From assembly GCA_043775845.1 (NCBI GenBank), contig JAYVRY010000069.1, positions 17,568 through 81,567 on the forward strand: a stretch of 64,000 bases of DNA, in the 5' to 3' direction. The DNA is from Acidobacteriota bacterium. Its GTDB lineage: Bacteria; Acidobacteriota; Holophagae; Holophagales; Holophagaceae. The translations under genes were made by a program, and so were the position numbers. Under the pieces are notes generated by a model. The model was not told the origin of the DNA and did no database searches. It saw only the letters and a list, made by a program, of their open reading frames with translations. Below, piece after piece: positions 1 through 11,065 of this stretch (positions within the stretch are counted from its first letter, which is position 1; each line of letters starts with the position of its first letter).

Positions 1-436
1 TGTTGAGGAACTCCCCCTTGGGCTGGATCTGGTGCTTCTTCGCCCATTCGGTGGCCCGCTTGCCGACCACATCGAGGTGGACGATCTCGGAGGTGCATTC
101 CGCCGCGAAGGCGTTGGCAGCCTTGAGCACGTTGGCGTTGAAGCCACCACAGAGGCCCTTGTCCGAAGCCACGAGGACCACGCGGATGCGCTTCTCCTCG
201 CGGGGGGCCAGGAAGGCCTGGGCGGCGGGGCCCGGCTGGATCTCGGAATCACCCTTGATGCGGCCCACGACCCGGCGGACGACTTCCATCATCTTGGTGG
301 CGTAGGGACGCAGGGCCACCAGGCGCTCCTGAGATTTCCGCAGCTTGACCGCGGAGATCATCTTCATCGCCTTCGTGACCTGCTGGGTGTTCTTCACCGA
401 CCGGATGCGGCGGCGAATATCCTGGAGACCGGCCAT
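1..436 (-). CDS. atpG: F1 ATP synthase gamma subunit (5' part, runs off the window)
   Basis: Manual translation from ATG at 436 gives MAGLQDIRRRIRSVKNTQQVTKAMKMISAVKLR, the AtpG N-terminus; directly downstream of atpA. Confidence 0.95.
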   Translation of the reverse strand, partial: MAGLQDIRRRIRSVKNTQQVTKAMKMISAVKLRKSQERLVALRPYATKMMEVVRRVVGRIKGDSEIQPGPAAQAFLAPREEKRIRVVLVASDKGLCGGFNANVLKAANAFAAECTSEIVHLDVVGKRATEWAKKHQIQPKGEFLN

Positions 437-440
437 GGGA

Positions 441-2048
<1,608 letters not shown>

Positions 2049-2591
2049 TTAAGCCGAAAGCAGTTGAGTCTTGAGCTGGCGGAGCTGGCCCTGGAGCGAG
2101 GCATCCAGCACCGTGGAACCCACCTGGACCTTCACGCCACCGAGCAACGTGGTGTCCTGGTGCCAGGAAAGGCGGATGGTCTTGCCCGTGCGGGTGGCCA
2201 AGGAGGCCATGAGGGCCTTCACCTGGGCTTCGGAAAGGACCTGGGCGCTGCTGACCTTGGCTTCCACGATGCCCGCCCGCTCATCGACCAGATCACCAAA
2301 GGTGCGGCGCAGGTCGGGCAGCAGGTTCAGGCGGCCGGCCTCGGCCACCACGCGGAAGAAGTGGCGCAGCGTCTCGCTGACCTTGGCGGCGGCGAGGATG
2401 GCTTCGAAGACCTGGGCCTTCTTGGTGGGCAGCACCAGGGGCGAGGCCACCAGGCGGGAGAGGTCGGCATGGGTGGCCACGGCGGCGGCCACGGCTTCCA
2501 GTTCCTGCTGCAGCTGGGGCACGTTGCCCTGCTTGTCGCCGATCTGGAGGAGGGCCTTGGCGTAGCGCCGGGCGGTCAGGCGGCTGCTCAC
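2049..2591 (-). CDS. atpH: F1 ATP synthase delta subunit
   Basis: ARRYAKAL N-terminus, LLGGVKVQVGSTVLDAS C-terminus; position in the operon. Confidence 0.95.
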   Translation of the reverse strand: MSSRLTARRYAKALLQIGDKQGNVPQLQQELEAVAAAVATHADLSRLVASPLVLPTKKAQVFEAILAAAKVSETLRHFFRVVAEAGRLNLLPDLRRTFGDLVDERAGIVEAKVSSAQVLSEAQVKALMASLATRTGKTIRLSWHQDTTLLGGVKVQVGSTVLDASLQGQLRQLKTQLLSA

Positions 2592-3388
2592 TGGGCGCCT
2601 CCAATCTGCTGAATGGCACGGTCGATGGCCAAGGCGGAATCAGGGCCCTGCAGTTTGGCTTCCAGGCGCTTGGTGGCGCCTTCGATGGCCAGCTCGGCCA
2701 CCAGGGCCCGCAGTTCCTGCTCGGCCTGGCGCTTCTGGAACCCGATCTCGGCCTGAGCCTGGGCCAGGATCGCGGTGGCCTCAGCCTTGGCGGCCTCAAG
2801 CACACGCTGCTTCTCGGCTTCGGAATCCGTCTCGGCCTTGGCGAGGATGCCGGCCAGCTCACCTTCGAGCCCGGCCATCTTCGCGGCCATCTCCTGCATC
2901 TGAGCTTGGCCCTCCGCCTTGTCCTTCTCCGCCTGGGCGAGCAGGGTGACGAGCTCTTCCTTGCGGGACTTGAACATGGCGGACAGCGCGCCCTTCAGCA
3001 TGAAGAAGAGGCCCGCGCCGTAGATGGCAAAGTTCAGGAGCTGAACGAGGAAGGCGCCGCCGTTGCCATAGGCCTTGCCAAAGAGCGTCATGGCCGGGCC
3101 GTGATGGGCGCCGCCCTTGGCATCGTGGCCAGCCGCTTCGTGACCAGCCGCTTCGTGACCAGCGGCTTCGTGACCAGCGGCTTCATGGCCAGTGGCTGCG
3201 TGAGCAGCTTCGCCATGGGCTTCGTGAGTCGCCTCAGCGGCGTGGCCTTCGGCGGCCGGGGCTTCATGACCCGCGGCGGGGGTTTCGTGCTTCTCGGCGG
3301 CGGGCGCCGCTTCGTGGGCCTGCGCCACCAGCGCCAGAGGGCTGAAGGCCAGCAGGGCGGCGAGGGAAAGTCGGGTCAGTTTCATCAT
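2588..3388 (-). CDS. atpF: Fo ATP synthase subunit b with signal-peptide-like N-terminus and His/Ala/Glu-rich extension
   Basis: QLLNFAIY transmembrane segment then long charged coiled coil; upstream of atpH. Confidence 0.85.
   Translation of the reverse strand: MMKLTRLSLAALLAFSPLALVAQAHEAAPAAEKHETPAAGHEAPAAEGHAAEATHEAHGEAAHAATGHEAAGHEAAGHEAAGHEAAGHDAKGGAHHGPAMTLFGKAYGNGGAFLVQLLNFAIYGAGLFFMLKGALSAMFKSRKEELVTLLAQAEKDKAEGQAQMQEMAAKMAGLEGELAGILAKAETDSEAEKQRVLEAAKAEATAILAQAQAEIGFQKRQAEQELRALVAELAIEGATKRLEAKLQGPDSALAIDRAIQQIGGAQ
3126..3200. repeat. 15-bp tandem repeat (4-5 units) encoding GHEAA in atpF
   Basis: Units tg(g/a)ccag(c/t)(c/g)gct(t/g)c(g/a) at 3126, 3141, 3156, 3171 and 3186. Confidence 0.9.
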
Positions 3389-3390
3389 GC

Positions 3391-3903
3391 CTAGGCCTGC
3401 TTCAGAAGGGTCTGGGCCATGGATTCGGCCAGGGCATCCACCTGGGCCAGGAGGCTCTGCTTGGCAGCGGCCTGCTGGACCTTCAGGGATTCCACGGCTG
3501 CCTGGCGCTCGGCCTGGGCCTTGGTGCGGGCCTCATCGAGGAGCTGCTGCTTCTCCTTGCCAGCGGCATCGGCCAGGGCCTTGCGACGCTCGAAAGCCTG
3601 GGCACGGAGCTCCTTCAGGCGGGACTGGTAGTCCTTCTGGCGGGCCTCGAGGGCGGCCGCGGCCTGGGCCTTGGCATCGCCACCGGCGTTCAGGTCGCGA
3701 TCGCGGTCTTCCATCAGCTTGGTGATGGGCTTGAAGAACACCACCCGCAGGTAGAGGTACATCACCACGAGCAGCACGATCACGAACAGGATGGCCGGCA
3801 GGTCGGGTCGCATGGGATCCGGCATCTGGGCCAGGATTTGCGCGACGGGGCCATCCCCTTCCGGTGATCGGAGCGTCAGATTCGCCAGTTCCAGCAGCGC
3901 CAC
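3391..3903 (-). CDS. Fo ATP synthase subunit b' (b-like)
   Basis: Single TM helix, FFKPITKLMEDR, then coiled coil; first gene of the operon; start uncertain. Confidence 0.85.
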   Translation of the reverse strand: MALLELANLTLRSPEGDGPVAQILAQMPDPMRPDLPAILFVIVLLVVMYLYLRVVFFKPITKLMEDRDRDLNAGGDAKAQAAAALEARQKDYQSRLKELRAQAFERRKALADAAGKEKQQLLDEARTKAQAERQAAVESLKVQQAAAKQSLLAQVDALAESMAQTLLKQA

Positions 3904-4052
3904 AGGCCACCCTCCAGAAACATCCCAAGGCCATGGCCGACAGAACGGCCAAGGTCACACCGACACCAGCGTTGGTCCGCGGGAACCTCTGGTTACGGGA
4001 GTCCTAAAACCTTACCAGACCAGTCGGAAACCCTCAACGCCGAGGTTTTGGC

Positions 4053-4081
4053 TTGACCCCACCCGCACCCTGTGGGAGGAT
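4053..4081 (+). promoter_or_regulatory. Putative sigma70 promoter of the tRNA pair
   Basis: TTGACC-17 nt-GAGGAT, ending 16 nt before tRNA-Val. Confidence 0.45.
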
Positions 4082-4097
4082 TTTGGTTCGGCGATTC

Positions 4098-4173
4098 GGG
4101 CGATTAGCTCAGTCGGTAGAGCAGCTGCCTTACACGCAGCATGTCGGCGGTTCGAGCCCGTCATCGCCCACCA
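4098..4173 (+). tRNA. tRNA-Val(TAC)
   Basis: Cloverleaf with GGGCGAT/ATCGCCC acceptor, GCTGC-CTTACAC-GCAGC anticodon arm, GTTCGAG T-loop, encoded CCA. Confidence 0.97.
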
Positions 4174-4202
4174 GTTGCCTGGTGAAGTCGCAGTAAACGC
4201 AA

Positions 4203-4279
4203 GGGGTTGTAGCTCAGTCGGTTAGAGTGCCAGCCTGTCACGCTGGAAGTCGCGGGTTCGAGCCCCGTCAGCCCCGCCA
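4203..4279 (+). tRNA. tRNA-Asp(GTC)
   Basis: GGGGTTG/CAGCCCC acceptor, CCAGC-CTGTCAC-GCTGG anticodon arm, GTTCGAG T-loop, CCA. Confidence 0.97.
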
Positions 4280-4308
4280 AAAGAGCGCCCAACAGGGCGC
4301 TTTTTGGC
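4276..4308 (+). terminator. Intrinsic terminator-like hairpin after tRNA-Asp
   Basis: gccaaaagAGCGCCC-aaca-GGGCGCTttttggc. Confidence 0.75.
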
Positions 4309-4312
4309 GTTT

Positions 4313-4575
4313 GGGCTGACGGAACTCGAACCCGCCCCGGCGACGCATGCGTCGCTGGGATCCAACGTCGAGTGGGATCGTGGAGGCGCCACTTGATGTG
4401 GCGCCGGAGCGAGACCGAGGGCTGCAAGCCCGCAGGGCGCCGCAGATGCGCTGACTCGGGCTCCGCCCTCGCCCTTCGGGCGGCCATGACCTGCGGTCAT
4501 GCCGTCCTATTCTCCTTTCGCTGCGCTGCAGTCGAACGGTCGAGCCCCCGCTGGCATGGGTCGACAGGAGAGGCG
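4313..4575. repeat. Multi-hairpin REP/MITE-like element starting with an inverted copy of the tRNA-Asp 3' end
   Basis: 4313-4335 is the reverse complement of 4252-4274 (21/23); consecutive hairpins at about 4335-4359, 4385-4405, 4419-4431, 4470-4482 and 4485-4501. Confidence 0.6.
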
Positions 4576-4678
4576 GAGAACCGAAACGAATTCCCCCTCC
4601 CATAAACCTCACCGGCGTGACCTGGTATTGCTAAAGTCCACTCAATCCCCCAACCCAGCGACTGACCCGGAGGTCCCA

Positions 4679-5771
4679 TTGACCAGGTTCCACCTCCAGA
4701 TGTTCCTCCTCCCGATTCTCCTGCTGATCAGCCCCCTCGCCGCCCATCACGCCAAGGACCGTTTCACCCGCATCACCCCCCAGCAGGCGGGCTATTCCCC
4801 AGAGAAGCTGGACGAGCTCCGCACCTTCCTCGAGAAGGCCGGCTCGGATTCCCTGCTCCTCCTCCACGACGGAAAGGTGTTCTTCGAGTGGGGCGACATC
4901 CGGAAGAAGCTCCTCGTCCACTCCATGCGTAAGCCTCTCCTGAACAGCCTCTATGGCAGCCAAGTCGCCCGGGGTGCCATCGATCTGCAGCGCACCCTCG
5001 CTGACTTGAACGTGGACGACCTCCCGAACCCCCTCACCGCCGCAGAGAAAAGCGCCACGTTGCTGGATGTCCTGAAGTCACGCTCCGGTGTCTACCACAT
5101 GGCCGCTGCCGAATCCGACGGCATGGATCAGGCGAAGCCCCCACGCGGCAGTCACGCTCCCGGCACCCACTTCCACTACAAACAACTGGGACTTCAACGT
5201 GGCCGGCGCCCTCTACGAGCGGGCCACCGGCCATCGCATCTACGACGCCTTCTACCGGGAGATCGCCCAGCCCCTCGGCATGCTGGACTACCGGAACCGC
5301 GTGGGCACCCAGGCCACTCCCGACGCCCCCCTGGGTGCCGATCTCGACGGGTTCTACCTCCGTGAGCCCGCCCGCTCCCGCTTCCCCGCCTACCACTTCC
5401 GCATGTCGGCCCACGATCTGGCCCTGTTCGGCCAGCTCTACCTGAACCGGGGCCAATGGAAGGGGCGCCAGCTCATTCCCAACACCTGGATCGCCTTCAG
5501 CACCCAGCCCTACTCCGTGATTGAGCCGGAATACGGTCTCAACTACGGCCTGCTCTGGAACGTGCTCACCCCTTCAAGCCCCGGAGAGCACCCCTCCTTC
5601 TACCACACGGGCGTGGACATCCACATGCTGGGCATCTATCCGAAGCACAAGCTCGTGATGGTGCACCGCGTGGACACGGAGAGACCCTACCGCTTCAACG
5701 GTAACGACCTCTATCAGGTGATCCGGCGGATCCACGGGGCCCGTCTGCCAAATGTGACGAGGCGGCCCTAA
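4679..5771 (+). pseudogene. Beta-lactamase/class C-like serine hydrolase split by a +1 frameshift (or sequencing error)
   Basis: Signal peptide and SMRK (SxxK) in frame 4499; removing one A at 5180-5182 restores HFHYNNWDFN and joins frame 5088..5771 (FYHTG). Confidence 0.8.
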
Positions 5772-6172
5772 TCCCTCAGCGACCACATCCGCACGATCTT
5801 CCCCGCCTTCACCTGGTAGATCACCACAGCCTCCAGCGGAGGCTGTGGTGATCTACCCTTGATCCTCTCCTTCTGAATGACGAAGTCGCCAGACACCATC
5901 TGCGCCTCCGCCGAGGCATGCAGATTCGGATTGGATTGGAAGCGCTCCGCGTAGAGTTCTCGCAACCGCGCCTTCCCGTAAGCCGTCGTCGGCCCTGCAG
6001 GCACCTCGCCCACCTCCAAGTCCTCGGCGAAGAGCCCCAGGAAGCCCTCCAGATCATGAGCATTGAACAGCTCGATCTGGCGTCCCACGGTCCCCGCAGG
6101 ACTCAGCACCTTGGGTGTGGGCGCAGCGGCCAGCAAGGCGGGGACCAGCAGCAGGAAAGAAACACGACGCAT
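5768..6172 (-). CDS. Secreted NTF2/SnoaL-like protein
   Basis: Signal peptide, QIELFNAHDLEGFLGLFAED, VIYQVKAGKIVRMW; GGAG RBS. Confidence 0.8.
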   Translation of the reverse strand: MRRVSFLLLVPALLAAAPTPKVLSPAGTVGRQIELFNAHDLEGFLGLFAEDLEVGEVPAGPTTAYGKARLRELYAERFQSNPNLHASAEAQMVSGDFVIQKERIKGRSPQPPLEAVVIYQVKAGKIVRMWSLRD

Positions 6173-6273
6173 GGGCGCTCCCAGGGGTGAGAGCATCACT
6201 CTAGCCTCACCCTCGGAAATCCATCCGTGCCCTTTCGCCGTATGCCCGATAGACTGAAAGGCTTGGAACTCAT

Positions 6274-7854
6274 ATGAAACTGCCCCTCGTAGCCCTCTGC
6301 GGACGCCCCAATGTGGGGAAGTCCACCCTCTTCAACCGGCTCACCCGCAGCCGCGCGGCCCTGGTCCATGACCTGCCGGGCATGACCCGCGACCGCAGCT
6401 ATGGCCGGGTCACCTGCCTAGGTGAAGAAGGCGATCCCGAGGAAGTGTTCGAGCTGGTGGACACCGGCGGCCTCGACTTCGAGGGCGACGACGTCATCAC
6501 CCAGGGCATCACCCGCATGGCCGAAGCGGCCCTTGCGGAGGCCCACGTGGCCATCCTGCTGGTGGACGGCCACGACGGCCTCACCGCCGGAGATGAGGAG
6601 ATCGCCTCGCGCCTGCGCCGTCAGGGTAAGCCCATCCTCCTGATCATCAACAAGCTGGATGGCATGAAGGGCGGCGCCCCGGATGCCGGCTTCTACGGCC
6701 TGGGCTTCGATCAGATCCTCGCCATCTCCGCCGCCCACGGCGCGGGTGTGCCCGAGCTCATGGCCGCCATCCGCAGCCGCCTGCCCTTCCACCGCACGCC
6801 CGAGGAGGCCGAGCTCCACGCCCCTGGGGACGAGCGGCGCTTCGCCCTCATCGGGCGGCCCAACGTGGGCAAGTCGTCGCTGGCGAACCGCATGCTGGGC
6901 TCCGAGCGCAGCCTGGTGAGCGATGTGGCGGGCACCACCCGCGACACCGTGGACACCATCATCCACGTGAAGGACAAGGTCTACCGCCTCATCGATACCG
7001 CGGGCATCCGCAAGAAGGGCAAGACCCATGAAGGCGCGGAGAAACTCAGCATCCTGAAGGCCAAACAGGCCATGGCCCGCGCCGACGTGAGCCTCCTGTT
7101 GCTCGATGCCGTGGAAGGCGCCACCCACCAGGATGCCGTCATCGCCGGCTACGCCCAGGAAGCCGGCGCCGCCGTGATCCTCGTGGTGAACAAGTGGGAT
7201 CTGGTGGAGAAGGACACCTACACCATCTACGATGCGGAAGAGGATCTGCGCCGCAGCCTGGGCTTCCTGCACCACGCGCCCATGATCTTCCTCTCGGCCC
7301 TCACTGGACAGCGGGTGTCGAAACTCTTCGGCATGATCGATGAGTTGGCCGAAGCCCATGCCCGCCGCATCCCCACGGGCGAAATGAACCGCTTCCTCCG
7401 CGAAGCCGTGGGCGCCATGAGCCCCCACGTGGTGGACGGCAAGCTGCCCAAGCTCTACTTCATGACCCAGGTGGGCGTGCGTCCCCCCAGCTTCGTCATC
7501 AAGGCCAACACCGATCGCGGCCTGCACTTCAGCTACGTGCGCTACCTGGAGAACCGCCTGCGCGACCAGTTCGGCCTGGCGGGCGTGCCCTTGCGGCTCA
7601 GCGTGCAGAAGAAACAGAAGGGCGAGGGCGAGACCAACGAAGTGGCCGCCGTTCGCCGCATCCTCGATCCCGGCGAGGGCCTCAAGCCCTCCCGCAGCAA
7701 TGAGGCCCTGCAATCCCAGCGCGAGGACAAGGTCAAGTCCCGGCCCAGGCCCAAGAAGAAGGAAACCCCCAAGCCCGCCGCCAAACAGGCACCCCGCAAG
7801 GGCAAAAGCGCCCCGCCCAAGCGGGTCCGGCAGAAATCCACGAAGAAGCCATAA
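6274..7854 (+). CDS. der: Ribosome biogenesis GTPase Der (EngA)
   Basis: Two GRPNVGKS/DTxG/NKxD G-domains, KH-like domain ending YLENRLRDQFGLAGVP. Confidence 0.97.
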   Translation: MKLPLVALCGRPNVGKSTLFNRLTRSRAALVHDLPGMTRDRSYGRVTCLGEEGDPEEVFELVDTGGLDFEGDDVITQGITRMAEAALAEAHVAILLVDGHDGLTAGDEEIASRLRRQGKPILLIINKLDGMKGGAPDAGFYGLGFDQILAISAAHGAGVPELMAAIRSRLPFHRTPEEAELHAPGDERRFALIGRPNVGKSSLANRMLGSERSLVSDVAGTTRDTVDTIIHVKDKVYRLIDTAGIRKKGKTHEGAEKLSILKAKQAMARADVSLLLLDAVEGATHQDAVIAGYAQEAGAAVILVVNKWDLVEKDTYTIYDAEEDLRRSLGFLHHAPMIFLSALTGQRVSKLFGMIDELAEAHARRIPTGEMNRFLREAVGAMSPHVVDGKLPKLYFMTQVGVRPPSFVIKANTDRGLHFSYVRYLENRLRDQFGLAGVPLRLSVQKKQKGEGETNEVAAVRRILDPGEGLKPSRSNEALQSQREDKVKSRPRPKKKETPKPAAKQAPRKGKSAPPKRVRQKSTKKP

Positions 7855-8029
7855 GGGCCTGCCCAAGGTTTCGAGGACACCTGCGTCCCGCTCACGTCAT
7901 GGCGAAGCCTTGGGGTGAATGGGCGAGACCGTTCCAGGTGCGTCCCACTGACCCAGAATCTTCCATCCTCTCACCGGACAGAGAGCCTCGCCTTGCCTGA
8001 CAACGCGGAGCTCCTTACCGGTACGGCAT

Positions 8030-8150
8030 AGAAAAAAACATCCAAACGGGATGCCATAGTTAGTTATTAATTATTGTTTTAAATTAATTTAACAATATTT
8101 TTCGTTATTAGAAATGATTCTCATATAAATTAACAACCCTTAACTTGAGG
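8030..8150. promoter_or_regulatory. AT-rich regulatory region upstream of the M4 protease
   Basis: Sharp drop in GC; contains AATTAACAACCCTTAACTTG (8128-8147), repeated at 11077-11096, and a Fur-box-like GAAATGATTCTCAT. Confidence 0.6.
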
Positions 8151-8303
8151 GAAGCCCCGCACTGCCCCGAAGCTCAATCCATCACCCCGTTCTTTCCACA
8201 TTCCACGTCCTGATGCTGCGCAGTGGTCGCCGCGTCAGGTTGCCGTCCAGGCTGGAAGAACCTGGGTGGCTGTGAACCCCCTTCCCCCCGTGAGGAGTTG
8301 CCC

Positions 8304-10991
8304 ATGGCGACTTTCAAGGGCCATCTGGCCCTGTCCTTTGTCACCGCAGCCCTGGCTGCCGGTTCCCTCTCTGCCAACACCCAGCACGAAGCGGCCGCCT
8401 TGCGCGTGCAGCAGTCCTCGGAGCGCCTGCAGGCCCAGCGGGTTCAGCTCGGTCTGAATGCCGATCACGCTTTCCGCATGCGGACCGCCCACTCGGACGA
8501 GCTGGGCCAGTCCCACGGCCACTTCACCCAGCACTACAAGGGCGTTCGCGTCTTCGGTGGCGACGCCATCACGCACGTCAATGCCCAGGGCAAGGAACTG
8601 CCCCTCACCAATGCCCTCCACAAGAGCATCAACCTGAACGTGGCCCCTTCCCTCAACGGCGCCGAGGCTCTCGCCATCATTCACCAGCACCTGAACCCCC
8701 AGGGCTCCTACACCTACGAGCCCACGGCGGAACTCATCGTCTTCCCCGCCACCACCAGCCGCGTGGTCCGCTCTCGTGCCCGCATGGATCAGGATGCCGA
8801 CGCCACCATGGTTCAGACCGACGTGGTCCGCTACCACCTGGCCTACCACGTGCAGACCGTGCTCCTCAGCAAGGCGGACAGCTTCGCCAAGCACGATTTC
8901 ATCGTGGACGCCCACACCGGCGCCATCCTGAAGCAGTGGGATAGCCTGGAAACGACCGCCGCCACCGGCACCGGCAACTCCCAGTACAACGGCACGGTCA
9001 GCATCCAGACCAACAACACCGGAACCACCTACGAGCTGCGGGACATGACCCGCGGCACCGGCGGCCAGTGGGGCGCCAATGCCGTGACCAACATGAACCA
9101 CACCGGCGATCAGAACACCGGTTCACCCACCCTCTATGGGACCGTCTTCACCGACGCCGACAACACCTGGGGCGATGGCGCCAACTACATCTCGGGTGGC
9201 AGCACCACCAGCGCCAATGGCCAGACGGCCGCAGTGGATGCCGCCTTTGGCGTGGCCGCCACCTGGGACATGTACAAGAACGTCCTGGGCCGCAATGGCA
9301 TTGATGGCACCGGTAAGGCGACTTACAGCCGGGTCCACTTCTCCACCAGCTTCGACAACGCCTTCTGGCTCGACCAGTGCTTCTGCATGTCCTACGGCGA
9401 CGGCAGCTCCTTCACGTCCCTCGAAGCCCTGGATGTGGCCGGCCACGAACTGAGCCACGGCGTGTGCGCCACCACCGCCGCGCTCACCTACTCCGGTGAG
9501 TCGGGTGGCCTCAACGAAGCCAACTCCGACATCTTCGGCACCATGGTGGAGTTCTACCAGCGCAGCGGTGGTGGCACCACCATCGGCAGCACCGGCGGCA
9601 ACTGGACCATCGGCGAACAGCTCGCCTCCACCCCCCTGCGCTACATGTACAAGCCCAGCCTCGACGGCACCAGCCCCGACGCCTGGTCCTCCACCCTCGG
9701 CAACCTGAATGTGCACTACAGCAGTGGCCCCATGAACCGCTGCTTCTACTTCCTGAGCCAGGGCGCCACCACCACGGGCAACACCAGCACCACCTACCTG
9801 CCCTCCGGCATGACCGGCGTGGGCAATGACCACGCCGCCCGCATCTGGTTCCGCACCCTCACCACCTACCTGACCTCCAGCAGCAACTACGCCGCAGCCC
9901 GCACTGGCGCCATCAGCGCCGCCAAGGACCTCTACGGAGCTGGTAGCCCCGAGGAAGCCGCCGTCTGGAACGCCTTCCACGGCATCAACGTGGGCGCAGC
10001 TTGGACCGGCACCGCTGCCCTCGCCGCCTCTATCACCACTCCCTCATCCAACGTCACGGTTGCATCCGGAACGGCCGTGAGCTTTGTCGGCGCTGCCTCT
10101 GGTGGCACGAGCCCCTACACCTACAGCTGGACCTTCGGAGACGGCGGCACCGCCGCCACCGCCTCTGCCAGCCACACCTACACCAACACGGGTTCCACCG
10201 CAGTGACCTACACGGCCACTTTCACGGCCTCGGATAGCGCCAGCCACACCGCCAGCGCCACCCGCACCATCACCGTGAATCCTGCCGCCGGCGTGGCCGT
10301 CGCCATCACGCCCGCTTCTGTGAGCCTGAACACCAGTGGCACTCAGCAGTTTACGGCATCCGTCACTGGCAGCACGAATACAGCCGTGACCTGGAGTGTC
10401 GTGGAAGCTGGCGGTGGCTCCGTCTCCACCTCCGGCCTGTATACCGCCCCTGCCACCGCCGGTACCTACCACGTGAAGGTCACCAGCCAGGCTGACACCA
10501 CCAAGTCCGCCCAGGCCACCGTCACCGTTAACCCCATCGGAAACGAGAAGCTTCTCAATGGCGGGTTCGAGTCTGGTTCCACTAGCTGGACCGGCACCAC
10601 AGGCGACATTGGCACCTTCACGGGCCAGCCCGCTCATGCCGGCACCAAGAACTGCTGGCTCCAGGGCAATGGAAGCACCTCCAGCGAAAGCATCTCTCAG
10701 GCCTCCATCGCCGTGCCCACCTCTGGCGCCACGCTGAGCTTCTACCTCCACATCGACACCGCCGAGACCACCACCTCCACTGCGTATGACACCATGAAGG
10801 TGCAAATCATCAGCGGTTCCACCACCACCACCCTGGCAACTTACAGCAACTTGAACAAGGCCTCAGGGTATGCGCTGAAGACCTTCAACCTTGCCGCTTT
10901 CGCCGGCCAGACTGTCACGCTCAAGTTCCTCGGCTCCGAAGACAGCAGCCTGCAGACCTCCTTCGTCATCGATGATGTGAGCGTCAAGTAG
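8304..10991 (+). CDS. Secreted M4 (thermolysin-family) zinc metalloprotease with propeptide, PKD, Ig-like and C-terminal beta-sandwich domains
   Basis: Signal peptide, FTP/PepSY-like propeptide, NAFW, HELSH, GGLNEANSD, VHYSSG; PKD motif YSWTFGDG; GAGGAG RBS. Confidence 0.93.
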   Translation: MATFKGHLALSFVTAALAAGSLSANTQHEAAALRVQQSSERLQAQRVQLGLNADHAFRMRTAHSDELGQSHGHFTQHYKGVRVFGGDAITHVNAQGKELPLTNALHKSINLNVAPSLNGAEALAIIHQHLNPQGSYTYEPTAELIVFPATTSRVVRSRARMDQDADATMVQTDVVRYHLAYHVQTVLLSKADSFAKHDFIVDAHTGAILKQWDSLETTAATGTGNSQYNGTVSIQTNNTGTTYELRDMTRGTGGQWGANAVTNMNHTGDQNTGSPTLYGTVFTDADNTWGDGANYISGGSTTSANGQTAAVDAAFGVAATWDMYKNVLGRNGIDGTGKATYSRVHFSTSFDNAFWLDQCFCMSYGDGSSFTSLEALDVAGHELSHGVCATTAALTYSGESGGLNEANSDIFGTMVEFYQRSGGGTTIGSTGGNWTIGEQLASTPLRYMYKPSLDGTSPDAWSSTLGNLNVHYSSGPMNRCFYFLSQGATTTGNTSTTYLPSGMTGVGNDHAARIWFRTLTTYLTSSSNYAAARTGAISAAKDLYGAGSPEEAAVWNAFHGINVGAAWTGTAALAASITTPSSNVTVASGTAVSFVGAASGGTSPYTYSWTFGDGGTAATASASHTYTNTGSTAVTYTATFTASDSASHTASATRTITVNPAAGVAVAITPASVSLNTSGTQQFTASVTGSTNTAVTWSVVEAGGGSVSTSGLYTAPATAGTYHVKVTSQADTTKSAQATVTVNPIGNEKLLNGGFESGSTSWTGTTGDIGTFTGQPAHAGTKNCWLQGNGSTSSESISQASIAVPTSGATLSFYLHIDTAETTTSTAYDTMKVQIISGSTTTTLATYSNLNKASGYALKTFNLAAFAGQTVTLKFLGSEDSSLQTSFVIDDVSVK
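10522..10991 (+). repeat. Copy 1 of a 470-bp direct repeat (protease C-terminal module)
   Basis: Ungapped match to 13185-13654; about 25 mismatches by manual count. Confidence 0.95.
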
Positions 10992-11033
10992 GACTCACCT
11001 GACGTCGACACACCAAGTGTCGCCATCCAATGA

Positions 11034-11065
11034 AAAGGGCCACGCAAGTGGCCCTTTGTTTATTT
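11034..11065 (+). terminator. Intrinsic terminator
   Basis: AAAGGGCCAC-gcaa-GTGGCCCTTT followed by gtttattt. Confidence 0.85.

Noticed and set aside
4098-6200. Integrative element or prophage at the tRNAs
   Set aside because: No integrase and no direct repeat of a tRNA 3' end seen; only an inverted fragment is present
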